64,000 nucleotides of DNA from Vicinamibacterales bacterium (GCA_963787755.1 CAWBEG010000002.1:351101-415100), one strand, 5' to 3'. Numbered from the stretch's first letter, positions 30,076-39,257 are shown. Notes: generated by a model from the letters alone, not told the origin. Made by a program: numbers and translations.

Positions 30076-31917
30076 ATGGCGGGCATGGATCAGAGATACC
30101 TATCGCACGCCTTGGTGGCAATCGCGATCGCGGTTGCTCCGGGCAAAGCTGTTTGGGGAAAGGAACGCCCGATCCCCAACGGCAAACTCGATAAGCACCT
30201 TCAGGCGGTGGTCACGGATGGCTGCTCTGGAGGATCGAGGCGAGTCATCATCAGCGTCAAGAGTGGTTACCGCAAAGGAATGGGGGACGCGCTCAAGGCC
30301 CATGGCGATAAGGTAAAGGGAGAGTTCAAATCGATTGATGCCGTCGCGGCAGAGGTTCACTGCGATGACCTCGGCGCGCTCGCGAACATGTCGGAGACCA
30401 CGTCGATCTCGATCGATGGGCCGATGGACACTCACGCCGTCGCTCGAGGGAAGAAGACGCCCACGCTTACGCAGGCTCAAGCGGCTGCCGCGCTTCAGGC
30501 TCCGGTTTTCCAGTCGACGCTGTCCTGGCCCCAGCTTCGCGCGGCCAGCTATCTCGGCTCGCCGTACACCTCGACGGATAACTCACTTAGAAACACCGTT
30601 AACGCGCTCCTTGACGCCGGCATAACCGGGGCCGCGGGCGGTATCGGCATTGCGGTTATCGATTCTGGCATTGCTCCGGGGCCCGAATTCGAGAATCGCA
30701 TCACGGCATTCTACGACTTCACCAAAGGCGACATTCAGGCGGTCGCTCCTCTCGACTCGTACGGACATGGCACACACGTCGCCGGACTCATTACCGGCAC
30801 CAACGTCGGTGTGGCGCCCGGGGCACGCGTTATCGGATTACGAGTGCTGGACGCCAATGGTAAGGGGACAACGAGCGACGTGCTTCGCGCCCTCGAATTC
30901 GCGGTCGAGAACAAGGCGGCTCTGAATCTGCACATCATCAACCTGTCTCTCGGCCATCCGATTTATGAGTCCGCCGGCACCGATCCGTTGGTGCAGGCTG
31001 TCGAAAACGCGGTGCGACACGGTTTGATTGTCAGCGTGTCGGCCGGCAACTTCGGCATCAACAAGAAGACTGGCGAGCCAGGTTACGCAGGCATTGCGTC
31101 ACCTGGGAATGCGCCTTCGGCGATCACGAGCGGCTCGACCAACATGTTCGACACGATCAGGCGAGTCGACGATCGCGTTTCAGCGTTCAGCTCGCGCGGG
31201 CCGACGTGGTACGACGGTTTCCTGAAGCCGGATGTCGTTGCTCCTGGCCAGAACGTCCTCTCCGTCGCAGCGGTTGGGAGCCGCCTGCGGATGATGCAGG
31301 AGCTCCGCGGCAATACGGGCGAGTACATGCGCCTGAGCGGAACGAGCATGGCGGCGGCTGTTACAAGCGGTGTCATCGCGCTCACGATCGACATCAACCC
31401 GAAGCTGACGGCGAACGCTCTCAGGGCCGTTCTTCAATATTCCGCCATCCCAGTGCTGAGCAGCACCGGTGCAACAGCCGACGCGCTGACACAGGGCGCC
31501 GGCCAGATCAACGGGGGCGGCGCGATCGCGCTTGCGTGGGTGATTACCGCCGATGCGCCGATGGGTTCGAAGTGGCTGACAGCCGGCCATCAGACGATCA
31601 CACCGACGACGGACATCGGTGACAGCAAATACACCTGGTCGCAGTCGATCCTTTGGGGTGCACGGAGGCTGTCGGGCGCGAATCTGATGACCGAGCAGCG
31701 GCCCGCGTGGGGCGCGGGGATTGTGTGGGGCGAGGGCCTTGGCAGCGAAGACGACAACATCGTGTGGGGCAACAGCTTCGCTGACGACGACAACATCGTC
31801 TGGGGAAATGCCCTCGACACCGATGACAACATCGTCTGGGGTAACAACGACGATGACAATATCGTCTGGGGCAACAGTCTTCTCACGACGTCGTCAGGAA
31901 AGGGTGGCAAACAATAA
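30076..31917 (+). CDS. Secreted S8 subtilisin-like serine protease, paralog of 26532..29072, with 4 DDNIVWGN units
   Basis: It has the same propeptide (KGEFKSIDAVAAEVHCDDL), IAVIDSGI, YGHGTHVAG, SAGNFG and SGTSMAAA. The C-terminus reads GSEDDNIVWGNSFADDDNIVWGNALDTDDNIVWGNNDDDNIVWGN. It lacks the coiled-coil insert. Confidence 0.85.
   Translation: MAGMDQRYLSHALVAIAIAVAPGKAVWGKERPIPNGKLDKHLQAVVTDGCSGGSRRVIISVKSGYRKGMGDALKAHGDKVKGEFKSIDAVAAEVHCDDLGALANMSETTSISIDGPMDTHAVARGKKTPTLTQAQAAAALQAPVFQSTLSWPQLRAASYLGSPYTSTDNSLRNTVNALLDAGITGAAGGIGIAVIDSGIAPGPEFENRITAFYDFTKGDIQAVAPLDSYGHGTHVAGLITGTNVGVAPGARVIGLRVLDANGKGTTSDVLRALEFAVENKAALNLHIINLSLGHPIYESAGTDPLVQAVENAVRHGLIVSVSAGNFGINKKTGEPGYAGIASPGNAPSAITSGSTNMFDTIRRVDDRVSAFSSRGPTWYDGFLKPDVVAPGQNVLSVAAVGSRLRMMQELRGNTGEYMRLSGTSMAAAVTSGVIALTIDINPKLTANALRAVLQYSAIPVLSSTGATADALTQGAGQINGGGAIALAWVITADAPMGSKWLTAGHQTITPTTDIGDSKYTWSQSILWGARRLSGANLMTEQRPAWGAGIVWGEGLGSEDDNIVWGNSFADDDNIVWGNALDTDDNIVWGNNDDDNIVWGNSLLTTSSGKGGKQ
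31747..31875 (+). repeat. In-frame tandem coding repeat, 4 DDNIVWGN units
   Basis: The same 24-nt core as 28521-28967. Confidence 0.9.
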
Positions 31918-32562
31918 TGGCCACCCAAATGGTCGAGACGTTTTCATCGCCGATCACCCGAACGACGACAGTTGTTGACGCACATTGGCGGAAAGCGCTG
32001 CCGGTTCTGCACGGCAAAGGTTTCACGCTTCGTGAACTGCGCGTTACCGACGCCACCACGCTACTCTCACTGCTGACGACTGAGGAAGTGACGCGGTTCA
32101 TCTCGCCGCCCCCGACGACAGTCGCCGGTTTCGAGCGGTTCATCCAGTGGGCCCAACGCGAGCGTGAGGCAGGACGCTATGTCTGCTTCGCGGTCGTGCC
32201 CGCCGGCTGCGACACGGCAGTGGGACTCTTTCAGATTCGGCAGATGGATTCGACGTTCGGGTACCGCCGAATGGGGTTTTGCGCTTGGCTCGGCATTCTG
32301 GGGGTCCGGCCTGTTCGTGTCCGGTGCAGAGCTCATGATTGATTTCGCGTTCGATGTAGTTGGCGTGCATCGGTTGGAAGCTCGGGCTGCGGTCGAGAAC
32401 GGCCGAGGCAATGGCGCGCTACGCAAGATTGGCGCAGTGCAGGAGGGTGTTTTGAGAAAGTCATTCCTTCGTAATGGTCGATTCCTGGATCAGGCGCTGT
32501 GGGCGATTCTTCCCGAAGACCGCTATCGTCCGAAAGCCGTCTGGGGCTCGAAGGTCAACTAG
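31917..32562 (+). CDS. GNAT N-acetyltransferase, paralog of 29072..29737, one frame break
   Basis: ATG at 31917 overlaps the protease TAA by 1 nt (TAATG). The break is at GGG 32259-32261, where the paralog has GG. The 3' ~400 nt are nearly identical to 29340-29737. Confidence 0.75.
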
Positions 32563-32574
32563 GAGTCACCAGGT

Positions 32575-32802
32575 TTGACGCTGCGCGAGCTACGGGCCGG
32601 CGACGCGGGCTCGCTCATCTCGCTTCTCACGACGGAAGAAATGGCATGTTTCATTTTGCCTCTCCCGACGACGTTGGAAGGCGAGGAAGGCATCTTGAGA
32701 CAGTCATTTCCTGGGAGCGGGCGGCATCATCAATCGCTCTGGTCGATTCTTCGGGAAGACTGGTATCGGTCGAAGGCCGTTTGGGGATCGAAGGCGAGCT
32801 AG
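32575..32802 (+). pseudogene. Internally deleted third GNAT copy
   Basis: LTLRELRAGDAGSLISLLTTEEMACFILPLPTT is joined directly to EGILRQSF...WSILREDWYRSKAVWGSKAS. The N-terminus and the catalytic core are missing. Confidence 0.6.
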
Positions 32803-32819
32803 CAGATAATCGTGGGCGC

Positions 32820-33986
32820 GTGTCGCGTCCGCTGCTCGTTATCTTCCTCACGGTCTTCGTCAATCTCGTCGGCTTCGGCATCATCATTCCGCTACTGCCG
32901 TTCTACGCGGAGACATTTGGTGCGTCTCCGGTTGTCATCGGCCTGCTGTTCGCGGCTTTCTCTCTTGCCCAGCTCGTCGCCGCACCCGTCCTCGGCGCGC
33001 TCTCGGATCGATTCGGCAGGCGCCCGGTGCTGATTTTCAGCCTCCTTGGGACGGTCATCAGCTTCGCCATGCTCGCGGTCGCGCACAGCCTCGCGATGCT
33101 TTTTGCGGCGCGTGTGATCGACGGGTTATCGGGCGGCAACATCACGATCGCTCGGGCGTATATCGCGGATGTTACCGAGCCGCACGAGCGAGCGAAGGCA
33201 TTCGGCTTTCTCGGGGCCGCCTTCGGCCTGGGCTTCATTGTCGGACCAGGGCTCGCCGGGCTGTTCGCTCATATCAGCTACACCGCACCCATCTGGGCCG
33301 CCGCTGCGGTGACGGCCGCCGCCGCGGCAATGGCCTGGCTGTGGCTTCCCGAGACCGTCCATCGCGGCAGCGCGGTCTCCGTGTCGCCACTCCGCGCGCT
33401 GCCGGAAGTGCTCAGCCGCGCGCATCTGCGTCCCCTGTTGATCGCCGATTTCGTGTACTGGTGTTCGTTTGCCGTGTGCACCACGACATTCGCGCTCTTC
33501 GCATCGCGGCGCTTCGGATTCGACGTCGTTCGCACCGGATACGTGCTCGCGGCATTCGGACTGCTCGGCGTCATCGTGCAGGCTGGCATCGTGGGCCTCG
33601 TGGCGCGCAAGATCGGCGCCCGCCGAACGCTGCTGACCGGACTCGTCATTGCCGCGGCGGGATGGGCGCTCGTCGCGGCTTCGAGCACGGTGCCGATGTT
33701 TTTGCTTTCACTGATTCCGGCGGGCATCGGCGTCGGATTGTGCAATGCGACCATCGTGACGCTCGTGAGCCACAGCGGATCGAAGGACGAGCAGGGCACC
33801 GTGCAGGGCGCTGCCGGAGCACTCGAGAGCCTCGGCCGCGCGATCGGACCGATGTGGGGACACGGCGCACTGCAGCGTTTTGGTGAGGGCAGCGCATACG
33901 CCACTGCCGCGGTTGCGTTTTTCGCCACCACGTTTCTCGTGTTCAGCTACCACGCTCCACCCGAAAGCCCGAACGATCTGCCATAG
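32820..33986 (+). CDS. MFS transporter (DHA1/tetracycline-efflux-like)
   Basis: GTG at 32820. About 12 TM helices are present. GALSDRFGRRPVL is the MFS motif A, and ARVIDGLSGGN is present. Confidence 0.85.
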   Translation: MSRPLLVIFLTVFVNLVGFGIIIPLLPFYAETFGASPVVIGLLFAAFSLAQLVAAPVLGALSDRFGRRPVLIFSLLGTVISFAMLAVAHSLAMLFAARVIDGLSGGNITIARAYIADVTEPHERAKAFGFLGAAFGLGFIVGPGLAGLFAHISYTAPIWAAAAVTAAAAAMAWLWLPETVHRGSAVSVSPLRALPEVLSRAHLRPLLIADFVYWCSFAVCTTTFALFASRRFGFDVVRTGYVLAAFGLLGVIVQAGIVGLVARKIGARRTLLTGLVIAAAGWALVAASSTVPMFLLSLIPAGIGVGLCNATIVTLVSHSGSKDEQGTVQGAAGALESLGRAIGPMWGHGALQRFGEGSAYATAAVAFFATTFLVFSYHAPPESPNDLP

Positions 33987-34007
33987 GATGGCCGCCATGC
34001 GCTGACG

Positions 34008-34190
34008 TTGCCTCGCGGCATTCCTGCTGTGCCTGCTGTCGATCGCTGGTGCGCCGTACGGGCCGCTGCCGACGCGCAGACTGGCGCGACGATCACGATT
34101 CTCCATATCAACGACGTGTACGAGATAGGTGCGATCGACGGTGGCCGCTACGGCGGTCTCAGCCGCGTGGCGACAGTGCTGCAGAGATAA
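34008..34190 (+). pseudogene. N-terminal ~60 codons of a 5'-nucleotidase/metallophosphoesterase, truncated
   Basis: ...AADAQTGATITILHINDVYEIGAIDGGRYGGLSRVATVLQR is followed by a stop and unrelated sequence. The signal-peptide part is in another frame. Confidence 0.5.
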
Positions 34191-34205
34191 ACACGCGTCG
34201 CTGCC

Positions 34206-34487
34206 TTATTTCGCGTCCTTTGGCCGTCTGCCGGACACAAGACGCGCGATCTGCGACTGCTCCTGACGGGGAAGGTCGCGCAGATAACATTCCACGGATT
34301 CCACGATGAGCCGCCACTGTGGCTGCTTGCGTACCTTGCTCAGCGCCACGAGTTTGTCTCGCGATGCCTTGGGAAGGCGAAAACTGACCTGCGGATAATC
34401 CTTCACACGCTCTCCGCGATCGCCCGCCGGAGGACGCCCGACTTTCCCAGCCCTGGGTTGACGCTTCAATGGAGTAGACATGCGCAT
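34206..34487 (-). CDS. Small ribbon-helix-helix-like DNA-binding protein
   Basis: 93 aa. An Arg/Pro-rich N-terminus is followed by the strand-helix-helix pattern QVSFRLPKASRDKLVALSK...WRLIVESVECYLRDL. Confidence 0.4.
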   Translation of the reverse strand: MRMSTPLKRQPRAGKVGRPPAGDRGERVKDYPQVSFRLPKASRDKLVALSKVRKQPQWRLIVESVECYLRDLPRQEQSQIARLVSGRRPKDAK

Positions 34488-34531
34488 TTATGGTTTGTGC
34501 TAGCAACAACTTCCGATAAAATGGAAATCAG

Positions 34532-34822
34532 ATGGCCACGCGCGCCACACGCCGCACAGTCGCTCGGCCACGCGCCAAGCGCGGCCGTCCGCGGACCCAC
34601 CGGGAAGCATGGACGAAGGTCTCGGTCGTCATGTTCGAGCGGCAAGTGGTCGAAATCGATCACCTGACCGCCGCGATTCGCGCCAAGACCGGCGCAAACC
34701 TGACGCGCGCCGAAATCATCCGCGCACTATTGGACGCGTTAAACGAAAGCCGCCTCGATGTGACCACCGTCGTTTCAGGCGCTCAGCTGAAGCGGTTGCT
34801 CTCGCAGAAGCTGTCGGCCTGA
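34532..34822 (+). CDS. Ribbon-helix-helix (CopG/Arc/ParG-like) DNA-binding protein
   Basis: 96 aa. RGRPRTH is followed by KVSVVMFERQVVEIDHLTAAIRAKTGANLTRAEIIRALLDAL. It is divergent from 34206..34487, with only 44 nt between the start codons. Confidence 0.5.
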   Translation: MATRATRRTVARPRAKRGRPRTHREAWTKVSVVMFERQVVEIDHLTAAIRAKTGANLTRAEIIRALLDALNESRLDVTTVVSGAQLKRLLSQKLSA

Positions 34823-34902
34823 CGCTGCGGCAATTCGGTATATAAGTATCTCATAATTCGCGCAGCGGTATACTACGCCTCCACCCTTTCCTGGAGGTCG
34901 AT

Positions 34903-35795
34903 GTGTCCAACACTCGCCTGCGTACGGCGTGTCTCGTCACACTCGCAGCGGCGGCGATGCTCGTGCGCACGCACTCCCTTGGCGCGCAGTTGTTCCCGCC
35001 GGCCGATGCCGGCATGACCATGGGGCACGTGCTGCTGAATGTGAGCGACGTCGCCGCCCATCGCGAGTTCTGGACCAAACAGTTCGACGCGAAGCCGGTG
35101 ACTGTCGGCAAGCTCGAGGGGGTCACCATCCCAGGCGCCGTCATTCTGTTTCGCCTTCAGGCGCGCACCGGGCCGAGCGAAGGCACGACGATCAATCACA
35201 TGGGTCTGAAGCTGAACAAGCTGGCGGACTTCACGGCACGGTTCGACAAGGCGGGCTTGAAATACGATCCGCCGCGCATCGGGCGCGAGACAACGCCGCA
35301 GACCTACGTGACAGGACCGGACACGTTCCGCATGGAGCTTGTCGAAGATCCACGCATCCCCGCACCGGTGGTCAGCCATCATCTGCATTACTGGCTCGAG
35401 CAGCCGCTCGAGGTGAAGAAGTTCTACGTGCAGAAGCTGTTGCATCAAGCCGACCATGCGCGGGCCGTATGAATCGGCAGACGTGCCGGGCATGAATCTC
35501 ACACTCGCGCCGCTGGGCAGTCAGAAGGTTCCCGGCGTGCCGATGAAGGGTCGGCTGATGGACAGCATCGGGTTCGATGTGCCGAATCTCAAGATCGTAT
35601 GTCGACAAGATCGCGGCAAACGGCGTGAGATTCGATGTGCCATATGGGCGCAATGCCGAGCTCGGGTTGATGTCGGCGACATTGACCGATCCGTGGGGCG
35701 TGACGATTCAACTGACGGAAGGACTGAATAAGGTCGCGGGCGTGACGCCGTACAGCTATATCGACGGCTATGTCGTCGTGCGGCCGATTGAGTGA
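34903..35795 (+). CDS. Secreted VOC (glyoxalase/bleomycin-resistance/dioxygenase) family protein with two tandem domains, frame broken twice
   Basis: A signal peptide is followed by MGHVLLNVSDV...INHMGLKL and a second domain DSIGFDVPNL...DPWGVTIQLTE. Three ORFs join near 35460 and 35590. Confidence 0.6.
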
Positions 35796-36359
35796 TGCCA
35801 AGGCTTCCTTTCTGGGTCCGCGCGTTCGTGCTGCCGGTGGGCGCATGTGCGCTGGCGACGCTCATTACGTGGAAGCTGTGGCCGTTCATCCAGCCGTCGG
35901 CGTCGCCGTTGTATTTTCTGGCGGTCATGATTTCCGCGCTCTATGGCGGCGTCGTAGCGGGGCTGGTCGCCACCGTCCTGTCGGCGTGCGACGACCGCGT
36001 ACTTGTTCATGACGCCGCAGTTTTCCATGGCGATCGATCATAGCGACGTCTTCCGGCTGGTCGTCTTCGCCGCCGCGTCGCTGCTGACCAGCTGGATCGC
36101 GTTTCAGCGAAACCGCATCGACGAGGAACAGCACCGGCTCATGGCGGAGCTGCAGACGGCGAACACGCGCATCAGAACGCTGAGCGACATGTTGCCGATC
36201 TGCCCGGACTGCAGGCGCGTGAGGGTGGGGGGAAGCACACCGGAATGGAAAACCGTCGAGATGTATCTGGCCGAGACGCCGGAGCTCCAGTTGAGCCACG
36301 CGCTCTGTCCCGAATGTTCAGTGCGCCACTTTCCGGAATTTCACGCGCCGACTAGTTGA
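35792..36359 (+). CDS. DUF4118-type membrane domain, coiled coil and C-terminal Cys-pair motif protein; frame broken
   Basis: Three to four TM helices resemble the KdpD sensor TM domain (LYFLAVMISALYGG.., VFRLVVFAAASLLTSW). A coiled coil follows, then LPICPDCRRVRVGGSTPEWKTVEMYL...LSHALCPEC. The break is near 35990. Confidence 0.55.
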
Positions 36360-36676
36360 GTCGGATGCTTTTTCTTGATCGCTTCGATTTTCGGTTTGGG
36401 CAGCGGCGCAACCTTCGCGTCCGACCCTCTCCAGATGCTGTTTGGCAGCACCATGAAAATGGCGACGATACCTGCACACGTAGCCTTACCCGGCCTGATG
36501 GGAAACCGCATCAGCGCTCCTTGTCCGTTCGGTTGAGTAGGGTTGGCGGCCGCGAGGGAGAACTGGCCGCGAAACTGCCGGAGAGTATAACACCGGAGCG
36601 GGATTTCTTGACTAGGAATCAGTCAGGCGCTACAGTCCTCCCAGTTCCCGCCAACACCAATATCAAGGAGGACGGC

Positions 36677-37042
36677 ATGCGCTTCTGCCTATTCGTCGCG
36701 CTGGCCCTGCTCGCCGGCGGCTGCTCCGAACAGGGAGCCGCACAGGACGCGAACGCGCCGGTGAAAATCCTGACCACGCAAATGTACGTCACCCTCCGCA
36801 ACGATTCCGGAGCGCCACTGAACGAGGTTTCGGTCGCCATCATTCCGATTGGCCGCCAAACCGTCTACAACAAGTTCATCGGGCGCCTGGAAAACTCCGA
36901 GTCGCGCAATGTGATGCTCGGAGAATTCCTCGGGCGCGACGGAACGCCGTTCAGCCTTCGCGTTGTCAAACCGCGATCGGTGGAAGTGAAGGGCAAAGAT
37001 GTGAAAGGAAAGGACTACAGCACCGAAGTCGCCTGGCGGTAG
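36677..37042 (+). CDS. Lipoprotein, hypothetical
   Basis: ATG is preceded by AAGGAGGA. The lipobox is LALLAGGC. Confidence 0.55.
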   Translation: MRFCLFVALALLAGGCSEQGAAQDANAPVKILTTQMYVTLRNDSGAPLNEVSVAIIPIGRQTVYNKFIGRLENSESRNVMLGEFLGRDGTPFSLRVVKPRSVEVKGKDVKGKDYSTEVAWR

Positions 37043-37105
37043 CCGCCTTCGCGCTGCGCCCTGTTTTTGGGGCTTTGCCCTGGGGTGGTATGATCTCCAC
37101 CCCTG

Positions 37106-37513
37106 ATGCAAGCCAGCACACTCCGCACGGGTCGATGGATTGTGGGCGGCGTGGTGTTCCTCGCCGCTGCGACGGTGCTTTTCGAGGCGGCCGGCCAGTC
37201 ATCGCCGCGCCCGGCCGCCGTTCGCCCCAACGCCTATCGCGCGGTGGCGATCGACGACCGCGATGTCCGGACTGCGCTCAACTTTGCGATGGGCGATCAG
37301 AGAAAGAAGAACCGCAGCGACAGCGCCGTCACCCTGCTCAGCGTCCTCTCCGCCGAACGCCAGGCTTCGAAGGGAGACAACTTCAGGTTGTGCCTCTCTC
37401 TCGATCGCCGCGGCCGCACCGACACCGCCCGCACCGTCGTCCACCGCAACCAGAAGCAGCAATGGTCGGTTGCGTTGTGGGCGTGGGGTGCGTGCGGGAA
37501 AACTAACGAATAA
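37106..37513 (+). CDS. Secreted hypothetical protein (possibly cystatin/monellin-like fold)
   Basis: It has an N-terminal TM/signal helix. The length and pattern (..ALNFA.., ..VLSAERQASKGDNFRLCLSL..) are loosely cystatin-like. The functional assignment is weak. Confidence 0.4.
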   Translation: MQASTLRTGRWIVGGVVFLAAATVLFEAAGQSSPRPAAVRPNAYRAVAIDDRDVRTALNFAMGDQRKKNRSDSAVTLLSVLSAERQASKGDNFRLCLSLDRRGRTDTARTVVHRNQKQQWSVALWAWGACGKTNE

Positions 37514-37534
37514 GAAAACGAAAAAGGAATATCG

Positions 37535-37560
37535 CGAGAGCAGCGTCTCTACTGCTCTCG
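37535..37560 (-). terminator. Hairpin terminator downstream of glnK (T-rich on the minus strand)
   Basis: cgagagcag / ctgctctcg form a 9-bp stem with an 8-nt loop. On the minus strand it is followed by cgatattcctttttcgttttctt. Confidence 0.5.
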
Positions 37561-37583
37561 TTCTCGCCTGTCTTCGATCGGAT

Positions 37584-37916
37584 TTACGCGAACTCCCTTT
37601 CCCCGGTTCGGATGTTATATGCCAGCTCCACCGGGCAGATGAACACGCGGCCGTCACCGATCTCGCCCGTGCGGGCTGCCTCGCGAATCGCCTGAAGCGC
37701 GGGCTCCACGAGCTCGTCCGGCACCACGGTTTCGACCTGCATCTTCGGCAGCAGCGTCACTTCGTACTCTCGGCCCCGATAGACGGCCGTGTGTCCTTTC
37801 TGGCGGCCGTGGCCCCGGACTTCGGTGACGGTCATGCCGGCGATCTGAATTTTTGCGAACGCTTCCTTCAGATCGTCGACCTTGTTCGGGCGAATGATGG
37901 CTTTGATGAGTTTCAT
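37584..37916 (-). CDS. glnK: P-II nitrogen regulatory protein
   Basis: 110 aa, [20 protein letters not shown]...TVTEVRGHGRQKGHTAVYRGREY (T-loop)...TGEIGDGRVF. It overlaps the amtB stop. Confidence 0.95.
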   Translation of the reverse strand: MKLIKAIIRPNKVDDLKEAFAKIQIAGMTVTEVRGHGRQKGHTAVYRGREYEVTLLPKMQVETVVPDELVEPALQAIREAARTGEIGDGRVFICPVELAYNIRTGEREFA

Positions 37917-39188
37917 GCGAGCTCCGATCGCAGTGCCGGGGCCGGCTTCTTCATCCCGGCGGGGGAGAGCATCTGGCTGCTGGCCTCGCCGTGCACGTAG
38001 GCCTCTTCGCCGTGGTTGCTGATGTCGAGACCGACCGCTTCCTCATCGGCCGAGGCGCGCAGCGGAATCACGAGCCCGATGAGCTTCAGCAGGATGAAGC
38101 TGACGACGCCGCTGTAGACGATCGTCGCCGCAACCGCCGTCGCCTGAATGCCGATCTGCGCGGGGTTGCCGAACAGCGCGCCGTCGGCGAGTCCGTTCAG
38201 CGCTTTCTGCGCAAACACACCGGTCAGCAGCGCGCCGACCGTGCCGCCGACGCCGTGCGCGGCCACCACGTCGAGCGAGTCGTCGAGCGACGTCTTCGCG
38301 CGCCACACCAGGCCGAAGTAGCTCGGTATCGCCGCGATCGCGCCAAGCGCGATGGCGCTCATCGGGCCGACGAATCCGGCCGCCGGCGTAATGGCGACGA
38401 GGCCGACGACGATCGCCGTTGCGGCGCCGACCGCGGTCGGTCTGCCCTGGCGCGCATAGTCGAGGATCGTCCAGACGGCGAGCGTGCCCATCGGCGCCAG
38501 GAACGTCGTGACGAACGCGAGGGCCGGCGATGGGGCTTGCCGCGAGCGCGCTGCCCGCATTGAAGCCGAACCAGCCGAACCAGAGCAGTCCTGCACCGAG
38601 CAGCGTGAACGGCACGTTGTGCGGCAGCAGCGACGAGCTTGGATAATCGCGGCGCTTGCCGACGACGATCGCCGCGACGAGCGCGGCAACGCCGGCGTTC
38701 ACGTGGACGACCGTGCCGCCTGCGAAATCGAGCGCGCCCATGTCGGCGAGCCAGCCGCCGCCCCACACCCAGTGCGCCACCGGCGTGTAGACGAAGAGCG
38801 CCCACAGGACGATGAAAATGAGATACGCCGAGAAGCGCATCCGCTCGACGATCGCGCCGGAGATGAGCGCGGCCGTGATGATGCAGAACGTGCCCTGATA
38901 GGCCATGAACAGGTAATGCGGGATGGTGCCCTGCGCCTCGAGCCCGACGCCTCGCAGGAACAGCCGCGAGAGATCGCCGATGTAGTTATTCCCGGCCGAA
39001 AACGCCAGCGAATACCCGACGACCGCCCAGAGGACGCCGACGAATCCGAGCGAGATAAAGCTCATCATCATCGTGTTCAGGGCGTTCTTCGATCGCACGA
39101 GGCCGCCGTAGAAAAATGCGAGCGCCGGCGTCATCAACAGGACCAATGCGGTCGAGACCAGCATCCACGCAGTGTCTGCTTGATTCAT
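37913..39188 (-). CDS. amtB: Ammonium transporter, frame broken
   Basis: ATG at 39188 gives [54 protein letters not shown] and [16 protein letters not shown] are present. ORFs join near 38530-38560. Confidence 0.9.
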
Positions 39189-39237
39189 CACACACCTTTG
39201 AGAAAGAAGGAGTGAACAGGAACGTTGATGATGGCGA

Positions 39238-39257
39238 TGCAATCAAGATTGGCGCCA
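39238..39257 (-). promoter_or_regulatory. Weak sigma54-type -24/-12 element upstream of amtB
   Basis: The minus strand reads TGGCGCcaatcTTGATtgca, against the consensus TGGCAC-N5-TTGCW. It lies about 50 nt upstream of the ATG. Confidence 0.25.

Noticed and set aside
36341-36511. A 56-codon minus-strand ORF with a good RBS (aaggagcgctgATG) in the 300-nt gap before the lipoprotein gene.
   Set aside because: It overlaps the 3' end of the DUF4118 gene, has no recognisable family and is very short. It is left unannotated and could be revisited with ribosome profiling.
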